64,000 bases of DNA from Candidatus Omnitrophota bacterium (GTDB taxonomy: Bacteria; Omnitrophota; Gorgyraeia; Duberdicusellales; 4484-171). Under the pieces are notes generated by a model. The model was given only the letters and a program-made list of their open reading frames with translations, was not told the DNA's origin and searched no databases. This document shows positions 49,101 to 54,997 of the stretch, piece by piece (position 1 is the first letter of the stretch; every line of letters begins with the position of its first letter). Position numbers and translations under genes: made by a program. The stretch is taken from positions 239 to 64,238 of the forward strand of contig JAAEQW010000150.1 of assembly GCA_024231025.1 (NCBI GenBank). The letters run 5' to 3'.

Positions 49101-50723
49101 TATCTTCGTCGGAAAGGTGGAGAAATTGAACAGGCGGCTGAGGCAGCGGACCTATCGCGTATTGCTACGGCGTTGAATCGTAGCGAAAAGGATCTCAAAA
49201 ACGCGGCGCTATATGTTGCTAAGTTTATTGATATCTTAACCGTAGAGGGCAGGCTGGCAATTGGTGAGGGATTACCTTTCTTGCACGCGCGCAAAGGTAT
49301 ATTTGATCTTTTTTATAGATGGAATCTTTCAGAATCAGCAATTACAACTGGTATTCAGCTCTTTCTTCATAAGGAAATCACATCCGAGCAGCGCGGTCGA
49401 GCGATATTTCACGATGCTTTGCATGTTGTTGTTCCAAAGTCGCTGCGCCACCCCACAGAAGAAGAAATAGAAAATGGTGCGGTAGATCCTTTCCCGACAG
49501 ATCAGGACATTAAAGATCACCTTGTTGAACTTTCTAAAAATTTAGGAGAAAAACCACCAACCAGCACCGGCGCTTACGACATGGCGGCTGCGCAATCAAG
49601 CCAGCTGAATTTGGAAGAAACTACTTGTCAAGGTGGCAATTGGAAGAGGCATCTTGAGAACAGAAAAGAGGCTAAAGAAAAAATAGACCGTTTTGAAAAA
49701 AAGTTCAGAAATGGAATACCTGAAGGAGCATGGGCGGGTATTGCGGTGCAAAATGAGTATGTTGCGATGGCAGGCGCAGCATGGAAAGATTCTGCTCTTG
49801 AAGCTGGTGTCCAATCAATATTCTTTAGAGTGGAAGAAAATCAGGAAAATGTTGTGAGGTATTTGAAGCGGCGGATTCAAGAAGCAGTAGATGCTGGTGC
49901 AACTTGGGCCAATATTGCCCATTCAATACATCGAGCAATGGGTAAAGGATTAACCGATCTTGATGCCAATATCTTAATGCATGCCATACTTAATGATGGT
50001 CGTTTAATGCCTTGGTACACTGTTGAAGTATCTGACGGAGGTGATGTAAACGGAAGAACCACTCAACAAGAAATAGATGACGCGGTAAATATTGGTTTAG
50101 CCGGTATTACTGCAGAGCAGCTATTGGGCGTTCCGATTACTATTGAACCAACCAGAGACATTAGCACTCCAGCTGAAGGTAAAGCAGTTAATCTTGTTGA
50201 GTTGGATACAGAAAAGATTAAAAAAAGAGTTGATATGCTACGTTTAGCTTTAATTGTAAAATACGGTGATATTGCCAGGCGTTTTAATGTTGGTTATGGG
50301 GCTAGTATCGCCAGAAAAAACGCGCGAGCAATCTTTAGCATTCCTGGTGTCAACAATGGTTTAGCTGGTGGAGAAAGTCAAAATGAAGATGTATTCATGG
50401 AAGTAATAGAGAAGGCTCAGCAGGGAGTTGAAGACTTGGCTCTTTATCAGGCAGAGGATATTGGCGAGATTAATGAAACAGATTCTTCCGATGAGCAAGA
50501 GGATTATAATGCAGCAGAGAGATCGTTTGGTGGAATTAATTTAGATGGTGAAATTGACCTGCGCGGTGATGGACAATTTAACATCGACCTTTATGATATT
50601 CCTTTTGACATTAAGACTTTTAAAGGGTTGGCACCTTTGGTAAGCAAGATGAAGCGTGATCAGGACCCGAAGAGTTTCTTTGCGTCAAAGCAACCGCAAC
50701 AAGAACTCTCTTACGCGCATTAA
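43149..50723 (+). CDS. Giant exported multidomain protein: N-terminal domain, class II FBP-aldolase-like module, 4 repeats, GAPDH, unknown domain, TPI-like module, GGINL C-terminal motif
   Basis: GAGGAGG then ATG 43149; signal peptide ending AYA; aldolase motifs QLDHLQ, FDIDFSTL, TGTSHG, QHGAS, IHFATG; GAPDH motifs AINGGGRIG, ECTG, SNASCTTN, WYDNEWG; TPI motifs GNWK, HS, EP, YGAS, LAGG. Confidence 0.88.
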   Translation: MILFLQKRKASVPFKVTVFLAMGIFLLGTFMMQTNKVPKAYASALPYMAAPTELIDTTANFNPVVLRGIKFDTNNPFKFNFILDEGDTALSDGELKKEVEKIARQFLAAITVPEEDLWVNLSPLEKDRIISDELSVTDIGRDLLGEDYVLKQLTSSLTYPESPLGKEYWKKIYTRTQEMYGTTDVPINTFNKVWITPKHAVIYENAQGAYIGESHLKVMLEQDYLAQEQNIAGAQRDVPSEKQINNISAQITKEVILPVIENEVNYGKSFSHLRQIYHSVLLASWFKKKLKQTILNDIYVDKKKIAGVDTSDPQIKEKVYNQYLEAYKKGVYNYIRRDSDFTTKRKVNRRYYSGGTDLVVGPTTTTKSGTDPLAPGVGGASKGEVSEAGVTTEGIDNKPGPDMAAAAIPHGRTNKGISGAIEGNTVTRQKANGSYAKEVFDAEKAPKDSSVITKADVRDVPQLAGSITELIHNYRDIITFDLDSAGRMVNVQLPTDLTDNLRILDLARELSVVQPDPQVRRMAFHLAAAIQRARGKLSPNVRNVSLLQPFTDGVLRGIPADNLRCGGAMEQAALGRAADKANAVIAAEIAMSELIYSGLLDLFDFVGHVYLGDAFAGRDASTPTQLDHLQAKLSEIFALDKTKALIAAASDELSVDGYEEKIWAKMPLVERESSGMIDKARREAEMQKIFGILTLAAEAGITHFDIDFSTLADQVLMEALYRGAHTDDNPNGFSPSMKMLIDKIKSSPSMEVAVAWVRDKGEVSDDKLWELYSPKRQAASEKIQVFNAKFSAKAIVHQRIEEAKAIRAGYLPEGFRALSGVEDAHTDLKFLENKPSEPESVVAFLLMLRRELLEANKQFKADYGYDLPELTAIKWSPKTGTSHGTAGIEANIGVFALAERYLALPQVKEILGGEFVLIRGQHGASKCTTDQYADMGRNAEDIHFATGIANKFSGTMAEEFNIMTDTVGDLLQLLLKPDRANITDRLNAYLEVIGKDADWLMDYVTLPGVEAKIKRFRSAEFGGKNDAQTKFFNILAKEGITSYTLEGRRRLTHLILTDPEEGVPSDARSKLKDLVKHVYRPLLPYFLSMPQELRDPVMNAVQAWMGDAINELGIADSFDKLVPYLPQEPLVLRPIPADFVAEAQEAVQQSLPLIEQIDNGFAQAREAFDGGEYQLAFTRVDKAIELLMRPEKFDAKDDPLTGVSNPNEILSLLNSLGSKRQLYPRQEDLQGFLHAGINGLDLINGLRKLNGFKLIIEEVDPQDVPLIEQIDGLFVEAKKALAKGEDQLAYTKVEEATTLLTRPLDFDTSDDPLTGLSNPDEVLKLLNSLKLQRSRRQSALWRLLGQRLNGLDLINGLRMAIGFGVITEEVDPQDLPLTNKQIDSFFDRAEEHSKHGRDSYALKEIDKAIELLKWPEKFDAKGNPLVGISNPDGVQHLLSAIETGGYTLSFSEEALKLLLDEGASGLELVNGLREIDRLDPIAKKADPQDLPLIEQIDNGFTEAREAFDSGEYQLAFTRVDKVAELLRRPYDFDVSNDPLTGLSNPNEVLMLLNDLELNVGLSHRQKALKDFIGQGRNGLDLINCLRMAVGYGVIIAKAGSAAANGSVVLEKKNKVAINGGGRIGMLSLRVWIMKKMHGEPTDLDVVAMNDLQSPQQLAYKLKYDSNHGELKDVGIDVVEEGNDNFLVINAEGINNHRIQLFSERDPTQLPWGQLGIGQVWECTGIFRDKEAADLHRQAGAKKVIVSAPGKGLPTIVFGVNQGIYDPAKHDIVSNASCTTNDLAPVIKVLNDTLGVQSAMMNTTHATTNDQKVGDAPHSDPYRSRGAIGAMIIPTITGAAKTTGKVIPELDGKIDGASLRIPTKTVSATTITINVKKDTTVAEVNAILKEASETEGLKGILAYTDEKKVGVDFLTDPHSSTVAGDFTKVVVGTMVQVLSWYDNEWGFANRMVDLGEHMADADFAFAEKEIVQETAHDTFVKNELKYLRRKGGEIEQAAEAADLSRIATALNRSEKDLKNAALYVAKFIDILTVEGRLAIGEGLPFLHARKGIFDLFYRWNLSESAITTGIQLFLHKEITSEQRGRAIFHDALHVVVPKSLRHPTEEEIENGAVDPFPTDQDIKDHLVELSKNLGEKPPTSTGAYDMAAAQSSQLNLEETTCQGGNWKRHLENRKEAKEKIDRFEKKFRNGIPEGAWAGIAVQNEYVAMAGAAWKDSALEAGVQSIFFRVEENQENVVRYLKRRIQEAVDAGATWANIAHSIHRAMGKGLTDLDANILMHAILNDGRLMPWYTVEVSDGGDVNGRTTQQEIDDAVNIGLAGITAEQLLGVPITIEPTRDISTPAEGKAVNLVELDTEKIKKRVDMLRLALIVKYGDIARRFNVGYGASIARKNARAIFSIPGVNNGLAGGESQNEDVFMEVIEKAQQGVEDLALYQAEDIGEINETDSSDEQEDYNAAERSFGGINLDGEIDLRGDGQFNIDLYDIPFDIKTFKGLAPLVSKMKRDQDPKSFFASKQPQQELSYAH
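43842..43865 (+). repeat. REP-like hairpin inside the giant ORF
   Basis: GCAG-GGGCACA-gcgtga-TGTGCCC, 24 nt, read as AGAQRDVP. Confidence 0.6.
46599..47940 (+). repeat. Four intragenic tandem repeats of about 111-115 codons
   Basis: Units start at 46599, 46938, 47271, 47616 (LPLIEQIDNGF...DDPLTGLSNP...NGLDLINGLR...EEVDPQD). Confidence 0.92.
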
Positions 50724-50751
50724 ATAAGTCTCGCGCATAAATTAGAATTAC

Positions 50752-50781
50752 AAACGGGAAGGCCTTCGCCTTCCCGTTTTG
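50752..50781 (+). terminator. Intrinsic terminator after the giant ORF
   Basis: AAACGGGAAGGC-cttc-GCCTTCCCGTTT then T. Confidence 0.85.
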
Positions 50782-50808
50782 TGTTATAATGGTTCTGCAT
50801 TTAGATAA

Positions 50809-51007
50809 CGTAGGGGCCGATGGCTGTCGGCCCTCTCTAAGATGTAAAATTAAATGAATTTGGTTTAATTATTAATGACGAATTAAAAAATTCTGAAATT
50901 ATTCGAAACGAAATAAAATTGAACATATAATCATGCCTAATCATATTTACGCCATTGCTATAATCAAAAATAATATCATAAAGGGCCGACAGCCATCGGC
51001 CCCTACG
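50809..51007. repeat. Inverted pair of identical GTAG REPs (50809-50833 / 50983-51007)
   Basis: CGTAGGGGCCGATGGCTGTCGGCCC and its exact reverse complement. Confidence 0.9.
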
Positions 51008-51250
51008 GATAAAATTAATCAAAAACAATTATTATCATCATTCGTCGCCGGTTTTAAATCCGTGGCAGCAAAACGTATCAACACCTTACGTAATACACCA
51101 GGAAATCCTATTTGGCAACGTAATTATTATGACCATATTATTCGTGATGATAAATCTTTGCAGAAAATTCGCGAATACATTACCGGCAATCCGGTTATGT
51201 GGGATACCGACGAAAATAATATTATTAATCACAATAGGAGGCAGATATGA
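50841..51250 (+). pseudogene. Degenerate REP-associated tyrosine transposase (RAYT, IS200/Y1 superfamily)
   Basis: VKLNEFG..I fragment out of frame with MPNHIYAI (HUH second His lost); GFKS, WQRNYYDHIIRD, EYI..NP; N-terminus missing. Confidence 0.85.
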
Positions 51251-51435
51251 AAAAAGTTTTGATTGCAGCAGCGTTTTTAATTTTTGCGGGGTGTGTCAGT
51301 ACCTTAATTACTAAAGAGGTGCAGGTGCATAAAGACAAAGACGGCACGGTCGAGAAAATAGTTGAAATCGAAAGGGTAACCCAACAAGACGCGATTCGTA
51401 GAATCAAATTAGAGCATTTAAAAACCGGTAAATAA
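51247..51435 (+). CDS. Small lipoprotein
   Basis: AGGAGG; MKK + hydrophobic stretch + FAGC lipobox. Confidence 0.7.
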   Translation: MKKVLIAAAFLIFAGCVSTLITKEVQVHKDKDGTVEKIVEIERVTQQDAIRRIKLEHLKTGK

Positions 51436-51550
51436 GCGGATATTCAGTATTTACATATTTTCAGTTGCATTGACAATCTGTAAAAACAAAATTGCACCTA
51501 AAATCTAACAGTTGCAAAAATGCTATATTTGTGAGTATAATACTACTGCT

Positions 51551-51898
51551 ATGGAAAAACAAAGAAAACTAATAAGGCTTGATACAGATGATTTCCTAGA
51601 AATAAGATTGCTGGATGATTCCGTTAAAAGTAAGGGCAGCAGTAAGAATATTACTTCGATGGGGATATGTTTTTCGTCTGAAAACAATTGGCAAAAGGAT
51701 CAAATTCTTTTGATTAATTATTTTCTTCCCGATGAATTAGATTCAGTTAAACTGAAAGTTGTGGTTGTTTGGTCTGAATTCATTGATCCGGAAAGTGGTT
51801 ATTTTTGCGGAGGCGAGATAACCGAAATTGAAGAAGGCAAAGAAGACCAATTCGCACACTATTACCTGCAACAATTGAAAGATAGATTTTGTAAATAG
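51551..51898 (+). CDS. PilZ-domain protein
   Basis: RKLIR (RxxxR), NITSMG (N/DxSxxG-like), VVW, G.E. Confidence 0.78.
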   Translation: MEKQRKLIRLDTDDFLEIRLLDDSVKSKGSSKNITSMGICFSSENNWQKDQILLINYFLPDELDSVKLKVVVVWSEFIDPESGYFCGGEITEIEEGKEDQFAHYYLQQLKDRFCK

Positions 51899-51907
51899 CC
51901 TCGTTTT

Positions 51908-54900
51908 ATGTGTTTGAATACCCCTAATTTTCCTGAAGTTGTAGTAGTCGAGGCATCTGCCGGTTCCGGTAAAACCTATTGCCTTGCTAAGCGTTATCTG
52001 CAACTATTTATGAATCCTAAAATACCCCCGGAGTGTATTTCTTTGCGCGATATTCTTGCGATTACTTTTACCAATAAAGCAACGATTGAAATGAAAGAAA
52101 GAATTCTTGAGTTTTTAAAGCGTATTGCCTTTGACGATTTTTCAAACAAAGAACAGGAAAAAGATATTTACGATTCGCTTGGGGTCGATAAAAAGTTTGC
52201 CAGGGAGCGCGCCAATTTAATTATGGATAAGCTCATTAGCCACTATAATTTTTTCCAGGTTAAAACAATCGACAGTTTTATTAACGCGCTTCTTTTGGGT
52301 TGTGCTTTGCGTATTGACCGTTCGGCAAGCTTTAGCATAAAACGCGATTATTCCAAAATACTTGCCTACTGCTTAGATCTTGTTATTGAAAGAGCCGCCA
52401 ATGAAGCAGAAGTATTAAATTCTTTTGAAGAGTTTTTGGCGCATTATTTGTTTGTTGAAAATCGAAACGGTTGGTTTCCAAAAGATGATATCCTGCAATT
52501 GATGCACTCATTATTTCGATTAAGTAATAAGTATGGCGGAATATTTAGAGAGTATCGTGGCCGAAGTGTTGAAGCGATAAAGAAAAAGGGAATTGTTTTT
52601 AAGCAGATAGAAGAACTTTCAAAAAAAATTCCTCCAGGAATGAACGCAGCCACTACTAAAGCAATAAATCGGTTCATTAGCCGGGGCGATAAGTTTGATA
52701 TATCTGATCTACCAAAAAAGTTTAGCGATTCAGTTGTGCCAATGAATAAGGGCAAAGTTTGCGATAAGCACTTTAGTAAAAAGTGGAGCGCAACTGGCAA
52801 AAGCATTAAAGAGCTGGTTGAGAGTTGCGCAACAACAGCATACAATCCATATGTAAAACTTTATGGGATGTTGCTTGATTCTTTTAGTGAGGTTTGTAAA
52901 AGAGAAGATGTATTATTTTTAGAAGAGCTCAACCGCAAAGCGCGCCTACTTTTTGACGAAGACGGCTTCACCGTTGCCGAGCTCTACTATCGGCTAGCCA
53001 CCAGATTTAAACACTATTTAATTGATGAATTCCAAGACACAAGCATTTTGCAATGGCAAAATCTTCGCCTTATGATTGAAGAAGCTCTATCTTGCGGGGG
53101 GTCGCTGTTCTATGTTGGCGACAAAAAACAAGCAATTTATCGGTTTCGCGGTGGAGAAGCGAAGCTATTTGACTCGGTTAAGAGAGATTTTACCCATTTC
53201 AATGTTAAGGGGGCTTTTCTTGATAAGAATTGGCGCAGTCAAAAGGAAATAGTTGAATTTAATAATCAGGTGTTTTCGAAAGAAAATTTGAATAGTTTTC
53301 TAAAAGCATCTGGAATTAATGAAAAAATTGGCGATGCAAAAGAAATTCTTGATGTTTTTAAAGATGATAAACAGCAGTATTGCCAAGGCAGCGGCGATGG
53401 CTATGTGTGCATCGAACGCGTTGACGCTGAAAATCAAAGTCAGCGTAATGAAGTGGTGCAAAGTAAGATTTTAATTTTGCTGGATGATTTAAGCAAACGT
53501 TTTAGTTTTTCGGACATTGCAATACTCACTCGCGATAATAATGAGACCGAGCTTGTTACATCATGGCTTTTGACAAAGAATTTGCCGGTTGAATCAGAAA
53601 AAACTCTAAACATTTTAAAACACTCACAAATCAAAGAAATTATTGCATTTCTTAACTTTTTACATTCTCCAATTGATAATTTAAATTTTGCCGCCTTTAT
53701 TCTTGGTGATATTTTTACTACTGCATCAGGGCTGTCTTCTGAGGATGTGCGGGATTTTATTTTTTCTTTACGTAAAAAAAATACAGAAGCCGCACTCTAT
53801 GCGTTATTTCGCAAACAATACCCTGTAATTTGGGAAAAATATATTGAACCATTTTTTAGAAGTGTTGGCTTTATATCGGTATATGAATTATTGACAAATA
53901 TTTATCAGCGCTTGAATGTAATTAAAAATTTTAAAGAGAGTCAGGCGTTTTTTATGAAACTTCTAGAATTGGCAAAAGCTAAAGAAGAAGATTGCCTCGG
54001 ATTAGATGAACTACTTACTTTTTTAAAAGATGCTTCGGCCGATGATTTATATGTTAATGTCATTGGCAGTGAGGCAATAAAAGTTCTTACTGTGCATAAA
54101 TCTAAAGGATTAGAATTTGGTGTAGTTATTGTGCCGTTTTTTCGTATTGATATAACACCGGAAACTGGCGGAAGAGGAACAAAATCATACATTGAAGACG
54201 AGGAAGCCGGTGATTTGGGCCTTTTGCGCATTGTTGAAGATTATCGCCTGTATTGTGAAAAGCTTAACTCCATATACATTAGAGATTACAAAAAGTCATG
54301 CATTGATGAGCTAAATAATACTTATGTTGCCTTAACCAGATCTAAATATGAGCTCTATGTGTTTATTCCCAAAAAAAGCGCAAATGCCATCAATAAGGCC
54401 GGTTTTCTTATTCCGGAAGATATTAAAGAACGTGGCGAGAAAAAAACATATCAAATAGTTAAGAGAGAAAAAAACTATCAAATAATTGATGCTGGCCCGT
54501 ATGCTCATTGTGACTGGTCGTCGCTTTTAAGCGGAGAGTTCACCTTAGACCGCCGCCAGAGAATTGTTGAAGGTAATATTTTGCACCTAATGTTATCTGT
54601 AATAGGCGATTGTACCGGTAAAAGTGATGAGGAAATAGTGCGACTGGCGTGTAAGCGCGCGCAATTAGAGCACTCTTTTGATGAAAAACGTTATTGTGAA
54701 AAGATAAAACAATTAATTAGCAAAGATGAGCTAAAAACTATTTTCTATCCGCAAGCAGAAGTGTTTTGTGAAAAGGAATTTATAAGTGTTTTTGGTGATG
54801 CCAAACGCATTGACCGCCTTATTGTTTGGGAAAAAGAAGCCTGGATTATTGATTATAAATTGACCAAAGACAACCAAGCCAATTATCGCAACCAGATTAA

Positions 54901-54997
54901 AGAGTATGCGGGCATTCTTGGCCAGATTTATAAGGATAAAAAAATAAGAAGTTTTTTAGTTTATCTGGATAATTTAGAAAAAGAAGAAGTGCAATGA
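51908..54997 (+). CDS. AddA-like UvrD helicase / RecB-type nuclease
   Basis: ASAGSGKT, ITFTNKA, DEFQDTS, VGDKKQAIYRFRG, TVHKSKGLEF, YVALTR, RIDRL..IIDYK. Confidence 0.88.
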   Translation: MCLNTPNFPEVVVVEASAGSGKTYCLAKRYLQLFMNPKIPPECISLRDILAITFTNKATIEMKERILEFLKRIAFDDFSNKEQEKDIYDSLGVDKKFARERANLIMDKLISHYNFFQVKTIDSFINALLLGCALRIDRSASFSIKRDYSKILAYCLDLVIERAANEAEVLNSFEEFLAHYLFVENRNGWFPKDDILQLMHSLFRLSNKYGGIFREYRGRSVEAIKKKGIVFKQIEELSKKIPPGMNAATTKAINRFISRGDKFDISDLPKKFSDSVVPMNKGKVCDKHFSKKWSATGKSIKELVESCATTAYNPYVKLYGMLLDSFSEVCKREDVLFLEELNRKARLLFDEDGFTVAELYYRLATRFKHYLIDEFQDTSILQWQNLRLMIEEALSCGGSLFYVGDKKQAIYRFRGGEAKLFDSVKRDFTHFNVKGAFLDKNWRSQKEIVEFNNQVFSKENLNSFLKASGINEKIGDAKEILDVFKDDKQQYCQGSGDGYVCIERVDAENQSQRNEVVQSKILILLDDLSKRFSFSDIAILTRDNNETELVTSWLLTKNLPVESEKTLNILKHSQIKEIIAFLNFLHSPIDNLNFAAFILGDIFTTASGLSSEDVRDFIFSLRKKNTEAALYALFRKQYPVIWEKYIEPFFRSVGFISVYELLTNIYQRLNVIKNFKESQAFFMKLLELAKAKEEDCLGLDELLTFLKDASADDLYVNVIGSEAIKVLTVHKSKGLEFGVVIVPFFRIDITPETGGRGTKSYIEDEEAGDLGLLRIVEDYRLYCEKLNSIYIRDYKKSCIDELNNTYVALTRSKYELYVFIPKKSANAINKAGFLIPEDIKERGEKKTYQIVKREKNYQIIDAGPYAHCDWSSLLSGEFTLDRRQRIVEGNILHLMLSVIGDCTGKSDEEIVRLACKRAQLEHSFDEKRYCEKIKQLISKDELKTIFYPQAEVFCEKEFISVFGDAKRIDRLIVWEKEAWIIDYKLTKDNQANYRNQIKEYAGILGQIYKDKKIRSFLVYLDNLEKEEVQ

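Noticed and set aside
48851-49294. 147-aa minus-strand ORF and the many other short antisense ORFs
   Set aside because: They are shadows of well-supported + strand genes and have no recognisable motifs.
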